Shown: positions 26,802-36,552 of the stretch, in pieces | Position numbering within the stretch: the first letter of the stretch is position 1 | Layout of the letters: every line of letters starts with the position of its first letter | Source of the DNA: Bacillota bacterium | GTDB lineage: Bacteria > Bacillota > Clostridia > TANB77 > CAG-508 | Assembly (NCBI GenBank): GCA_963929525.1 | Contig: CAWVJB010000097.1 | Location: forward strand, 22,914-86,913 | Length of the DNA: 64,000 bases | Direction of reading: 5' to 3' | Made by a program: the position numbers and the translations under genes | Notes under the pieces: model-generated | What the model saw: only the letters and a program-made list of their open reading frames with translations | Told to the model about the DNA's origin: nothing | The model's database searches: none

Positions 26802-27936
26802 TTACAGTTGCTTCTGTTTTTACAATTGGTTTTAGTGGTTCTAAGTTTGTTATGTCTAAAACAACTGCATCGTCATTTGATTTTAGTCTTCCATTTCCAT
26901 ATGTTAATACCGTATAAGTTCTTAATTGTTCTAGGAATTTATAATGGTCACTATAATCAATACCCATTCTTGAAATACCTGCTGTATATTTATTTGGTAT
27001 ATATGCTATTGCTTTATTTTCAGGTACATCTGGACTTGCAACATATACAAAGTTTTTATAATTATCTGCTTTTACATAACCATTGAAACCTAATACATGT
27101 GTTGCCTTATAGATTTTTGTATCAAGTTCATTTTGATTTGCTATAATAACTATAGTATCTATATTTCTTTTTCCTTCCCTGTTTAGAGTTGGTAATACTG
27201 ATTTTCCAAAGCTATCTGGTCCTAAGTCTGTTATTGCAACAGGAGTTTTATCTGGATAAACACCACTTTGTACTGAACCCTCTAAGTCTTTTAATAATCC
27301 AATTGGAGCATCATTACCGTTTCCAGCAATAATTCCTGTTTCAAGTCCTTCTTCATTTACTTCTAATAAAACAGTTCTTACAAATCTATCTATCCATTTG
27401 TATCCCATGTTAATAATTGCTTTTGGAACAAACATAAATGCAGATAAAGAATTTACTTCTAAATCTAATGTTTTGATTCCAGCTTCAATTTGGTCAATAA
27501 TTGCTCTTGTTAATTTACCCCAAGTAGCTTTTCCACTTCTCTCAGACAAAAACCATTTTTGCACACCTGCTGGAGCCCAATCAATATATTGAAATAAAGG
27601 ATGTGCTGTTTTTAAATCTTCGAAAATATAACTTACTGTAGTTTCTGGTAAATAATCAATTTCATTACCTGTTAAACTACTTGTGTCTTCTTGTTTAATC
27701 GCTCTATCAATCCATTGTTTTTCCTCTGCTGTTAATGAACGTAATCCAAATTTTTTATCATTTTCTTTTGAAGCTGAATACTCTTCAAATTCTCTTTGAT
27801 ATTGATTAATTACCTCTGCATAATTTTCATCTACAATGCTTTGAATAGTTTCAACTATTTTTTCTGATTTTTGCTCTGCTGGAGCATCATTTAATTCTTT
27901 GATTAAATCTTCAATTTTCTTTTCATTAAATTTCAT
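26764..27936 (-). CDS. major capsid protein (HK97 family)
   Basis: 390 aa directly downstream of the ClpP-like prohead protease. N-terminal delta-domain-like coiled coil. Confidence 0.75.
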   Translation of the reverse strand: MKFNEKKIEDLIKELNDAPAEQKSEKIVETIQSIVDENYAEVINQYQREFEEYSASKENDKKFGLRSLTAEEKQWIDRAIKQEDTSSLTGNEIDYLPETTVSYIFEDLKTAHPLFQYIDWAPAGVQKWFLSERSGKATWGKLTRAIIDQIEAGIKTLDLEVNSLSAFMFVPKAIINMGYKWIDRFVRTVLLEVNEEGLETGIIAGNGNDAPIGLLKDLEGSVQSGVYPDKTPVAITDLGPDSFGKSVLPTLNREGKRNIDTIVIIANQNELDTKIYKATHVLGFNGYVKADNYKNFVYVASPDVPENKAIAYIPNKYTAGISRMGIDYSDHYKFLEQLRTYTVLTYGNGRLKSNDDAVVLDITNLEPLKPIVKTEATVNGTVQTETTPGA

Positions 27937-27955
27937 CTTTTTTACCTTCCTTTTC

Positions 27956-28813
27956 TTATTTTTTTGTATTAAAAAAAGACTCCCAAGAGTCTTCTTTAAC
28001 CTTGTTTTGATACAACCCTATAGGTATTTCTTTTGGATTGCCTTTTAATAAATCTTCTTCTAGTTGTTTTATTGTTTCTTGAACAATTTCCTTAATATTT
28101 AATTTTTGTTCTTCTGTTGTTACAAATAATTCTTGCGTTTTTTCTGATTGTAAGTCTTCAATTTGTTTTTGAAGAGCTTTATTCTTCATAACTAAATCAT
28201 GAACAAAATCAGCTTCTAATGCTTGCATATAATCATTTTTTCTTTCTTGTGTGGTTGAAAATCCCCACTCATAAGCTTCTTGCGAGGTTATCCATTCTTC
28301 TCTATCCATCTTTTCTTTAATTTCTTCTTCTGTTAATTTAGTTTTACTTGTATAAATATTCAAAGATGGTTGTGTAATTTTTTCAAGGTCTTCTGCTACT
28401 TTTTTCATAGTATTAGAATCTCCTCTTGCTTCTGTCCACGCATTGTGTATCATTAGTAGTCCATTTTCTGGTACTACTCTTTCTTGTCCTGCCATAAAAA
28501 TAACACTGGCAGCACTACAAGCAAATCCATCTACTATTGTTTTTAAATGTCCTTTAAATTCAGACAATAAACTATAAATTGCTAAACCTTCTGATACATC
28601 TCCGCCATAAGAATTTATTCTTACAGTTAGATTAGGTGTATCAACTTGTGCTAAGGCATCCTTTAATGTAAAAGCATCTGTTTTTTCTTTTCCTGTCCCT
28701 AGCCAATCATCAATCCATGTTTTTGGTTCTATGTTTCCATAAATATATAATTCTGTTTCAGATTTGCTTTTTTTCTTAAAATTTAAGAAATTATCCTCCA
28801 ATTTCTTCTGCAC
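27956..28813 (-). CDS. prohead maturation protease (ClpP/S14 family)
   Basis: 285 aa. ELYIYGNI...VRINSYGGDVSEGLAIYSLL...GFACSAASVIFMAG is the ClpP serine protease core. Confidence 0.8.
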   Translation of the reverse strand: MQKKLEDNFLNFKKKSKSETELYIYGNIEPKTWIDDWLGTGKEKTDAFTLKDALAQVDTPNLTVRINSYGGDVSEGLAIYSLLSEFKGHLKTIVDGFACSAASVIFMAGQERVVPENGLLMIHNAWTEARGDSNTMKKVAEDLEKITQPSLNIYTSKTKLTEEEIKEKMDREEWITSQEAYEWGFSTTQERKNDYMQALEADFVHDLVMKNKALQKQIEDLQSEKTQELFVTTEEQKLNIKEIVQETIKQLEEDLLKGNPKEIPIGLYQNKVKEDSWESFFNTKK

Positions 28814-29957
28814 CTCCTTTTGAATAATTTTTAGTTATATAATGTTCATCAGCCCAAGGCTCATTTATCTTAGGCAAACCTAATATCTTGTTTATTTCAT
28901 TTCTGCTAAATCCATCTGCTGTCAATTTATCTATTCCATTTGCTGAATCAATAATATCTCGATGATTTATATTCATTCTATTAAACCTTGCATATTCACC
29001 TTTTAAGAAATCTTTTTTTCCTATCAATGAAATATTAATTCCATCTTCAAGAATTTTAAAATATGGTGCTATTGCAAAAGTAATAAAATCTTCATTTCCT
29101 GTTGATTTTTCTGTCTTGTTTCCATAAAAAATATCTAATGGTATATTCCAATTTCTAGCAACTGTATCTCCTATCTGTTTTACTATTTTTTCATAATCCG
29201 TTAAATCTTTTCCTTTGTCTTTATTCAAATTTTCTAATTCATAAGCTTGTGCTAATAATACAATTGCTTCTTCGTCGCTCAATAATCCATCTGTAATTTT
29301 TTTCTTGTACTCCTCATGTGTAATTGGTTGTTTTGTTTCTGCATCTAACATTCTTGGTTGTGACCCTGGTATCGATAATCGCCATTTTGATGTATTGGAT
29401 TTTGTAAAATTAGTAGAGATTGTTTTTAATAGTTTAGAAGTTTTACTTTTGAAATTTTCATTTGCTATTGTTAATCCTGTGTTTTTTATACTGTAATAAA
29501 TCGTATTGTCCGAAGTATAGATTTTTTGTAAAGATATTGAGTTGCCTTCATTATCAGATATTGAAATATTAGAAAATGTTTTTTCATATAATAATTTATC
29601 ACTTACTTTGAAATCATCAGCTACATATAATAGTTTCGAATTTTTTATATCCTTATTTATTATTACTAATGCTCTTTTTTCTGTTAATAATTTAGTTACT
29701 AATTTGTACCAAAACATTGTTCCATTCTCATTATAATTTGGTTGTATGTTTAATCTCCAATAAGTATCGCCTTTTTCTTCTTCTATCTTTTTTTCTTTGT
29801 TTAATGTAAATGTTTGTATCTCACATTTTGATATTGTTTTGGCAATTAGATTTATTGCATGTGCTTCAGCTAATGTATAAATATAATCTAAACCATCTTT
29901 TTTGTTTATAAGAACATCAAAAATATTTTCACCTTTTTCGTTTTTTATCCAAAACAT
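28791..29957 (-). CDS. phage portal protein (HK97 family)
   Basis: 388 aa between terminase large subunit and protease. Confidence 0.7.
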   Translation of the reverse strand: MFWIKNEKGENIFDVLINKKDGLDYIYTLAEAHAINLIAKTISKCEIQTFTLNKEKKIEEEKGDTYWRLNIQPNYNENGTMFWYKLVTKLLTEKRALVIINKDIKNSKLLYVADDFKVSDKLLYEKTFSNISISDNEGNSISLQKIYTSDNTIYYSIKNTGLTIANENFKSKTSKLLKTISTNFTKSNTSKWRLSIPGSQPRMLDAETKQPITHEEYKKKITDGLLSDEEAIVLLAQAYELENLNKDKGKDLTDYEKIVKQIGDTVARNWNIPLDIFYGNKTEKSTGNEDFITFAIAPYFKILEDGINISLIGKKDFLKGEYARFNRMNINHRDIIDSANGIDKLTADGFSRNEINKILGLPKINEPWADEHYITKNYSKGGAEEIGG

Positions 29958-29966
29958 TTTTTCCTC

Positions 29967-31640
29967 CTAAACATATATAACTTCTTCGTCTAATAATTCA
30001 TTTCCGGACATAGCCATTACAAAAGCCATAAATGGATCGTTTTTTCTTAATTTCGGTTCTATTTTTTCATATACCTTATTGCCGTCTTTTCTATTTTTTG
30101 TGCATGTGTTATTGATTGACCATCTCATCATTGCACTATCTCCAATGTTTATATTTCCTTTTATAAATTCAATTTCTATTTTAGGTGCTATAATGGATTC
30201 AATAGAAGGCAAGTTTCTAATCATTCTAATTAATCCGTTTGGATTTTTTGGAGTTTCTATATCTGTTATTCCTTTATCTGTAAAAGCTTTTTTTATTAAT
30301 TTAAATCTATACATGTCCATTATTATTTTTCTTACATTATATTTTTGCATTTGTTGTATACACCAATCTACAACATCATTTTCATCTATGCTTTCTTCAT
30401 TTGTAACGTAGAAATCAGTAAATCCCTTTTGACCTGCTCTATCAAAAGGGAATTTAATATTTCCATAAAATTTATTTTGTTTACATATCCATGTTTTACA
30501 TCTCCAAATATATTCTCCATTAAATTTAAATAATAACCCTGCTGATGTAAAATCATTTAATGTTGATAAGTCAATTCCAATGATTGCTGAATTATTTTCT
30601 AGATTTGGAAATGCTCTTTCTATTTTTTTCTTAACATCCGAGTAAGATGCTTTTAATATGTTTTCCCAATCTGTTACTATTAATTCTTGATTTTGCTTTG
30701 GTATATTCATTCTTTTTGTCATAAATTCTTGGACATTAGAAGGCATCTTTTTCATTTCCAAATAATCCATTTTCATTTCATGTTGTAAAGTAGGTAGAAA
30801 TGGTAAGCTAGGATTTGCCTTTTCCCACATTTCAAAATCATCTACTTCCTCTTCTTTGTCTAATTTACAAATAAAAGGAAAATATCTTAATTCATTACTT
30901 TCTCCATTTAAAACTCCTTCACATACATCTAGTAAATTATCTAAAGGACCTTCTCTAACATCTCCATTCGTAGTAATAATAAATATTCTAAAATGTCTTA
31001 CTTTTCCTGCTCCACTTTTAAATACTTTTATTTGTTTGTCATCTTCATACGCATGATATTCATTAAATACTAATGCGCCATCTTTTTTACCATCTTTTGT
31101 TTTTGCATTTGAAGTATTATATTTCAATTTAGATTTTGTTTTTTTATTGATAGATTCTTCCTTGTTCCAATAAAAATGCTTTTTCATTTTTACTTTATTG
31201 TCTTCTAGCATATTATAAACAACATCATATGTATCTTTTGATTGTTCTTCTGATGTTGCAATTATATCTATGTTATAGTTTTTAATTCCATAATATTCTG
31301 ATTGTAGAAAGCTTAATAAAGGTGCTATCATACCATCTTTTCCGTTCCCTCTTCCCATCATAATAAAGATAGTTCTGAAAACCGGAAAATCATTTTCATA
31401 CATAAAAACAAATGCATAAATAAATTTTTGATAAGGAAATAATTTGTAGAAATACATTTCGCAGTATTTTATGCAATTTTTATATGTCTCTTCATCAAAA
31501 AAAATATCGTCCCTTTTCAATGTAGGTTTAACAATATTTTCCATCAATAAAATTCTTTCCTTATTAAATTTTCTTTTATTTTTTTCATAATAATCTATGT
31601 ATTCATTAATCTCCTGACAACAAATCATCTCCTTCACCAT
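29967..31640 (-). CDS. terminase large subunit (Terminase_1 family)
   Basis: 557 aa. ATPase P-loop-like FIMMGRGNGKDG, nuclease C-half. Overlaps terS end. Confidence 0.85.
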   Translation of the reverse strand: MVKEMICCQEINEYIDYYEKNKRKFNKERILLMENIVKPTLKRDDIFFDEETYKNCIKYCEMYFYKLFPYQKFIYAFVFMYENDFPVFRTIFIMMGRGNGKDGMIAPLLSFLQSEYYGIKNYNIDIIATSEEQSKDTYDVVYNMLEDNKVKMKKHFYWNKEESINKKTKSKLKYNTSNAKTKDGKKDGALVFNEYHAYEDDKQIKVFKSGAGKVRHFRIFIITTNGDVREGPLDNLLDVCEGVLNGESNELRYFPFICKLDKEEEVDDFEMWEKANPSLPFLPTLQHEMKMDYLEMKKMPSNVQEFMTKRMNIPKQNQELIVTDWENILKASYSDVKKKIERAFPNLENNSAIIGIDLSTLNDFTSAGLLFKFNGEYIWRCKTWICKQNKFYGNIKFPFDRAGQKGFTDFYVTNEESIDENDVVDWCIQQMQKYNVRKIIMDMYRFKLIKKAFTDKGITDIETPKNPNGLIRMIRNLPSIESIIAPKIEIEFIKGNINIGDSAMMRWSINNTCTKNRKDGNKVYEKIEPKLRKNDPFMAFVMAMSGNELLDEEVIYV

Positions 31641-32049
31641 CTTCCTCTGGTGCTTTCAAGTCCAAATCTTGTAAGATTTTAAGCATCTGTCCATTTGTTT
31701 TTTGTAATCTTTCAACACTTTCGTTTGGTTTATAAGTTGAAAATCCGTTTCCTCCTGTATTTCTATATCTTATTCCGTTTATATCTATATCATGTTTTAA
31801 TCTTTCTTTTAATTCAAAAAAATATAAATAGTCTTCTACCATATCATCAAACTGTTTCCCAAATTTATTTTGAGACATTAATTGATTTTTCAAATCTTCT
31901 CTGATAGCTTCTTTATTTTCTGCTATTTTTTCTTCTATTTGTTGTGCTTCTTCTATTCTTTTGAGTATTTCTTCCATTGTTTCTATTTCTTTCTCAAGCT
32001 CTTTTTCCTTTTTGTCTGTAGCTTTTGATGTCTTTTTCTTGGCTGGCAT
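31606..32049 (-). CDS. terminase small subunit (P27 family)
   Basis: 147 aa. GIRYRNTGGNGFSTYKPNESVERLQKTNGQMLKILQDLDL matches the P27-family C-terminal signature. Unusual AAAGGGGGG RBS. Confidence 0.7.
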   Translation of the reverse strand: MPAKKKTSKATDKKEKELEKEIETMEEILKRIEEAQQIEEKIAENKEAIREDLKNQLMSQNKFGKQFDDMVEDYLYFFELKERLKHDIDINGIRYRNTGGNGFSTYKPNESVERLQKTNGQMLKILQDLDLKAPEEDGEGDDLLSGD

Positions 32050-32163
32050 TCCTATACCCCCCTTTACACGCGAGAAATTTAAAATTGTTGTTTAGTCTTC
32101 GCCCCACACCCGCTCCAAATAAGGGCTTTATCCTTTCAGATTTTAGAGGGGGGCTTTTATTTT
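32050..32163. other. candidate cos region (GC-rich island upstream of terS, between HNH and terminase genes)
   Basis: cgccccacacccgctcc ... agaggggggc in a ~28% GC genome. HNH + P27 TerS + HK97 architecture is typical of cos-packaging phages. Confidence 0.3.
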
Positions 32164-32565
32164 TTATTTAAGTTTAAAATTTTCTTTTATAAAATTTTTT
32201 GCATATTTTTTATTTAATGTATGTGTACAATAATTATATATTGTACAACATTCTTTGCTACACGCTTTATTATTTTCTTTATCGCATTCATATGCTATAT
32301 CTGTTCTTCCATTTTCATATTCGAATATCTCTGCTTTATATATTGCTTTAAGTTTATCTTTTTTTAATGCCTCTTTCTTTTTTAATACTTTTTCTAATTC
32401 CATATCTTGTTCTAATATTATACATTTACAACCTGTACGTTCTTCTAAATATCTTATATATTCTTCTCTTATTACACTAACATCTTTTATTTTAAATATT
32501 AAAACTGTATCATTATCTATATCTATTACTTGTGTTTGTTTCATTTTACTTTCACCTCTATCCAA
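32164..32565 (-). CDS. hypothetical protein, Cys-rich C-terminus
   Basis: 133 aa. C-terminus CDKENNKACSKECCTIYNYCTH. Confidence 0.35.
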   Translation of the reverse strand: MDRGESKMKQTQVIDIDNDTVLIFKIKDVSVIREEYIRYLEERTGCKCIILEQDMELEKVLKKKEALKKDKLKAIYKAEIFEYENGRTDIAYECDKENNKACSKECCTIYNYCTHTLNKKYAKNFIKENFKLK

Positions 32566-32996
32566 ATTTCAGTTATTACTTCATCTATATCTGCTATTCC
32601 TCTTCTAGATAATTGCAAACCACAATCACATGCTAATCCTGTCCTTTTCTCTTCATCTCTTGCCTCTTGTAATTCCTTTAATGCTTCTTCACATTCTTCT
32701 TTGTCTTGATAATTATATTTACAATAATAATTATCTTTATTACATTTCATATATTCTAAATCTAGTATTGAATATTCATATGTTTTCTGAGGATTGTATG
32801 GTCTTGTTATTATTATAAAATTATCATTTCTTGCTATAACTTCAAATCTTCTCTTTTGTCCTTTCCATTGTAACTTTGTTCCTGGTATTGCAAATAAATA
32901 TAATAACTGTTTTAAATCATATTTATCATTCTTTAAGATAATATCTTTAACATCTTTTTCTATTTCTTCATATTTAGAATATATCTTTTTAAACAT
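32541..32996 (-). CDS. hypothetical phage protein
   Basis: 151 aa ORF. Several Cys (CNKDNYYCKY, ACDCGLQ). Confidence 0.35.
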   Translation of the reverse strand: MFKKIYSKYEEIEKDVKDIILKNDKYDLKQLLYLFAIPGTKLQWKGQKRRFEVIARNDNFIIITRPYNPQKTYEYSILDLEYMKCNKDNYYCKYNYQDKEECEEALKELQEARDEEKRTGLACDCGLQLSRRGIADIDEVITEIWIEVKVK

Positions 32997-33362
32997 TTAC
33001 CATCTCTCCTCTGTTAATCTTTTCTTTTTATTTCTCCACGTCCATCGATGTCTGTCTTCTATTATTTCATGTGCTTCAAAGCTAAGGCTGATACAATTGT
33101 CTGGATTCAATGCTAAATCTGGTCTTTGCTTTATTGGAATTATATGGTGAACTGTATCAGCATCTACTATCTTTATCTTATCTGGAAAATGTTTTCCATC
33201 ATTCCATTTACCTAGAAAAAACTGACATTTGCCTTTATCTCTATTTAAAACTTTTTCTCTTACAATATCCCAATCTGTTGAATTATAAAAAGCATTTGTG
33301 TTTCCTTTTGCTATTTCTTCTACCCAATTATAATGCTTTCTTCTTTTTCTTCTTTGTTTCAT
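32997..33362 (-). CDS. HNH endonuclease (terminase-associated)
   Basis: 121 aa. CQFFLGK...DADTVHHIIPIKQRPDLALNPDNCISLSFEAHE = HNH ββα-Me motif. Position just upstream of terS as in HK97-like cos phages. Confidence 0.75.
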   Translation of the reverse strand: MKQRRKRRKHYNWVEEIAKGNTNAFYNSTDWDIVREKVLNRDKGKCQFFLGKWNDGKHFPDKIKIVDADTVHHIIPIKQRPDLALNPDNCISLSFEAHEIIEDRHRWTWRNKKKRLTEERW

Positions 33363-33370
33363 TATATATG

Positions 33371-33601
33371 TTATACTAATCCTTTCATAATTGGTTTTAA
33401 TTGTTTAGCTGTAATATCCATGTACTGTTTCTTCTTTTTTTCTGGTCTGCTCGCTCTCTCATACGGTTCGCAATATAATGTTCCATCTAACCTTCGTCTT
33501 ATTTCGCAGTCTTTCTTCTCTTTATCCTTACAATTGCTACACATCTCTTCTATAAATCTTTCATATGTATTTTTCATATGTTTTCTCCTTTTTATAAACA
33601 C
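33371..33601 (-). CDS. hypothetical small Cys-rich protein
   Basis: 76 aa. CSNCKDKEKKDCEIRRRLDGTLYC. Confidence 0.35.
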   Translation of the reverse strand: MFIKRRKHMKNTYERFIEEMCSNCKDKEKKDCEIRRRLDGTLYCEPYERASRPEKKKKQYMDITAKQLKPIMKGLV

Positions 33602-33869
33602 TATGCAAAAATATATGGATTTAAAAAAGCTTAATTCTATTCGTCAATAAAATCAGTTCTTTTTATTTGTAATAGTTTTTTCGCTCTCCTTGTGATTATC
33701 TATTACCACAACCACTCAACCTTCGTGGAAAGACTATTTTTATATTTCTGCATACTATTTACATTAGAACTCGCTAGGAAAGTTCTTGTCTTCTATTTCC
33801 ATCTTCTTTGAAAGGAGGTGTTATTACGCGACACCTTATATATTAATATTACCTGGCATATATTAATAA

Positions 33870-34196
33870 CTAATAAAAATTTATTCTGTATGTGCTTAAC
33901 ATTGGTTCCCACATTACTATTTCTGCATTTAGTATTTTAATTTCTTTACATCTGTTGAGTTCAAGATTATTGTTATAATTTTTACAATAATAATCTAACT
34001 TATAATCAATATTACTATTTTTTACAATTATTATTTCTGTTTCTTTTTGCCCTGGTACTGTTAATTCTAATGCAACATCCCTATTGCATTCTTTTGCCTT
34101 TATACAAATATCTATTAAATCTTGGAATTTTTCTAATTTCATTTTTTCTCTTCCCTTCCTTACAAAACTAAAAAGAGCAGACATTAATATTAACAT
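33870..34196 (-). CDS. hypothetical phage protein
   Basis: 108 aa ORF. Confidence 0.35.
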   Translation of the reverse strand: MLILMSALFSFVRKGREKMKLEKFQDLIDICIKAKECNRDVALELTVPGQKETEIIIVKNSNIDYKLDYYCKNYNNNLELNRCKEIKILNAEIVMWEPMLSTYRINFY

Positions 34197-34308
34197 CTAC
34201 TCTTCTTGAAAAATAAAAAATACTTATAAAAGGGGATATCCTTTTTTAGCTTTTTGTCTTGCGACAATCTTACTATTGTTATTATACTATATATATTTGT
34301 ACAATACT

Positions 34309-34340
34309 ACGACATATTTACGACATTTTAACGACATTTT
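34309..34340. repeat. three tandem 11-bp repeats ACGACAT(A/T)TTTA
   Basis: tACGACATATTTACGACATTTTAACGACATTTTa immediately after the ArpU-like gene stop and upstream of the next gene. Confidence 0.55.
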
Positions 34341-34836
34341 ATAAATCTAACATCTTGTTTGTTGCTTTTTCTATTATTCTTTGTATATGTCTATCACTTC
34401 TTGTTTGATTAAATAATTGAAAATATAATTTATTTCCAATATCTTCTGCTGTTCTTCCTTCTACATAGTAAGCTGTTAATATTTCTCTTTCTTTATATTT
34501 TAATCCTATTAATCTATCATCTACTGATTCTACTTTATCTCTTAATTCTCTTACTGTTTTTTCTAGCTCTTTAATCTCCTCTTCTAATTCTCTTCTTTTA
34601 CTATCATTTTCTTCTACTTGTCTTCCCACTTTGTCAGATATTTTATTCTTACTATGTATATCTTGATTTAATCCATATGCTACAGATAAACTAACATCTA
34701 CCTCTTCTAATGATTTTAGCTTTATCCTTGCTAGTTTTAATTCTTTTAGTCTTATATTTAATTTAGCTTTATTTTCTTTATAACTTTTTAACAATTCTAT
34801 TAATTCTGGTTTAGTCATTTGTTCCTCCTTATTCAT
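34339..34836 (-). CDS. putative phage late-gene regulator (ArpU-like / sigma-70 region-4-like HTH)
   Basis: 165 aa. Coiled-coil N-half. C-terminus LKYKEREILTAYYVEGRTAEDIGNKLYFQLFNQTRSDRHIQRIIEKATNKM resembles sigma region 4. Located upstream of the packaging module. Confidence 0.4.
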   Translation of the reverse strand: MNKEEQMTKPELIELLKSYKENKAKLNIRLKELKLARIKLKSLEEVDVSLSVAYGLNQDIHSKNKISDKVGRQVEENDSKRRELEEEIKELEKTVRELRDKVESVDDRLIGLKYKEREILTAYYVEGRTAEDIGNKLYFQLFNQTRSDRHIQRIIEKATNKMLDL

Positions 34837-34968
34837 TTATTAATTCTTGAAAAAACATAACTACTTCCATGTATATCTCTTGTGCTTCTCCTTCTGTTAT
34901 ATTTACTAAGCTTTCATATTTCTTTAAGTCTTTCTTTAATATGTTTTTTATTTCTTTTGTCATATTTA

Positions 34969-35841
34969 TCACTTACTTTCTACATATTCCTTTATATTAG
35001 GAATTGCTTGTTTTTTTATTATTCTATTAATATCCTTTAATATCTGTTCTTTTTCTTCTTCTAAAATATCTTGTGCTATAACATCTAAATGTTTAAATAT
35101 TTCTCTATAATCTTCTGGTTTTGGATTTTCTATTCCTAATGTAGTTAGGAACTTGCATATTCTCATAGGTGTTATATATCTATCTAAAAATGCAAATGGA
35201 CTTTTTGTTTCTGTATTTTTTATACTTTTTACTTCTTGAAATTTATCTCCTACTATTTTTATTCTTTTTTCTCCGTCTAGTGTTTTAATTACTATTCCTT
35301 CTCTTATACAGTCTGTTCCTTCTAATGCTGATTTTTGATTGTCTACATATATTTCTTTCAATTCTTCATAATTTGTAAAATTCATTACTTTTAGTTCAGG
35401 AACTGTCCTTAATCCTATTTTTTCTGCTACTTCTTTCATTTCTGCTATAGTAGCAAATACTCTTGTAAAATCTTCATCTTCAGTTGGTCTTTGTTCTATC
35501 TTTTCTACTAGATCAAAAGCATAATATGGTTCTATTTTTTCTTGTTTTGCTAAAGAATTATAATTTATCTTACCTTGTCCTAACCATTCTCCAAAAAGTA
35601 CGTATCCTTTTGGCAAATATTCTAATATTTTATCTTCTTTGGCTTTCATGTATTTTACAAATCCACCTAAACCGTCTTCTCCTTTTAATTCTTGACTTCT
35701 ACTAAAATATCTTATTTTTCCATTATCGTTATATATTGCTGTATTACTTCCGTCTAATTTTTCTTGAATTACTACAAGTTGTCCTTTTTCTATTTGATAT
35801 TTTGCATTGTCTGGTCTTTTTATCTTACAATACATTTTCAT
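34969..35841 (-). CDS. ATP-dependent RNA/DNA-ligase-family nucleotidyltransferase (KxDG motif)
   Basis: 290 aa. Motif I EKLDGSN, motif III LFGEW, motif IV EGIVIK, motif V KRIKIVGDK. Order and spacing fit the RNA ligase (Rnl2-like) superfamily. Confidence 0.6.
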   Translation of the reverse strand: MKMYCKIKRPDNAKYQIEKGQLVVIQEKLDGSNTAIYNDNGKIRYFSRSQELKGEDGLGGFVKYMKAKEDKILEYLPKGYVLFGEWLGQGKINYNSLAKQEKIEPYYAFDLVEKIEQRPTEDEDFTRVFATIAEMKEVAEKIGLRTVPELKVMNFTNYEELKEIYVDNQKSALEGTDCIREGIVIKTLDGEKRIKIVGDKFQEVKSIKNTETKSPFAFLDRYITPMRICKFLTTLGIENPKPEDYREIFKHLDVIAQDILEEEKEQILKDINRIIKKQAIPNIKEYVESK

Positions 35842-35861
35842 ATTACTTTTCCTCTCTTTCT

Positions 35862-36263
35862 TTAAAACATTTTATTTGATTCTCTTTCAACTGTATCTAT
35901 ATCTTCTGTTTCCTGTTCTTCTAATTGTTTGTTTATTTTGTTTACTGCTCGTACTATTTCGTTGATTTTGTCGTACTCAATATTTGTTAAATCAAATCTG
36001 TGCTTAGTGTCTGTATATTTAAACTCATTATAAGATATTTTGTTTAGTTCTTCTATTTCTTTGTTTTCTTCTATTACTTCTACGTTTGTATATATTCTTT
36101 CTATACAATCTAAATAATCTGAAATTAGAAAATAATTTTTCTTATGTATTTTGTATAAATCAAGTTGATTGTCATATATATATGTTTCATCGTCTACTTT
36201 TATCTTTTTAGGTAATTTATTCCTGTCTTCTACCCATATATTTAATAAATCTATTATTTTCAT
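35862..36263 (-). CDS. hypothetical phage protein
   Basis: 133 aa ORF. Confidence 0.35.
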   Translation of the reverse strand: MKIIDLLNIWVEDRNKLPKKIKVDDETYIYDNQLDLYKIHKKNYFLISDYLDCIERIYTNVEVIEENKEIEELNKISYNEFKYTDTKHRFDLTNIEYDKINEIVRAVNKINKQLEEQETEDIDTVERESNKMF

Positions 36264-36267
36264 TTTT

Positions 36268-36552
36268 CTACCTTCTTCCTTTTATAAATTTTCTAAAGTT
36301 TTCTTTGTTTTGTCTTAATTCTGCTTTTTTCTCTTTATCTGTTTTTAACATTTGTCTCATTTTTCTAATTGCGTTTTTATTTTTTATTTCAAATTCATAC
36401 TCTCCATCTGGTTCATAAGTTCTTTTTACTGTTTCTAATTCTTCATCTTCTTCTAATGTTAATTCTGAATCAGTAAATTTTAATTCTTTGTATTCAACAT
36501 CGTCTATTGCCTTAAAATATATTTTTCCTTTTTCATATTCTTCTGTTGGCAT
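36268..36552 (-). CDS. hypothetical phage protein (acidic)
   Basis: 94 aa ORF. Confidence 0.35.
   Translation of the reverse strand: MPTEEYEKGKIYFKAIDDVEYKELKFTDSELTLEEDEELETVKRTYEPDGEYEFEIKNKNAIRKMRQMLKTDKEKKAELRQNKENFRKFIKGRR

Noticed and set aside
32050-32163. GC-rich segment as a rho-independent terminator
   Set aside because: No stable stem with short loop followed by a U-run on the minus (transcribed) strand. More consistent with a cos/packaging signal.
33602-33869. tRNA or other structured RNA gene in the 268-bp non-coding gap
   Set aside because: No cloverleaf-compatible segments or GTTCRANYC T-loop box found by eye. Treated as a regulatory region instead.
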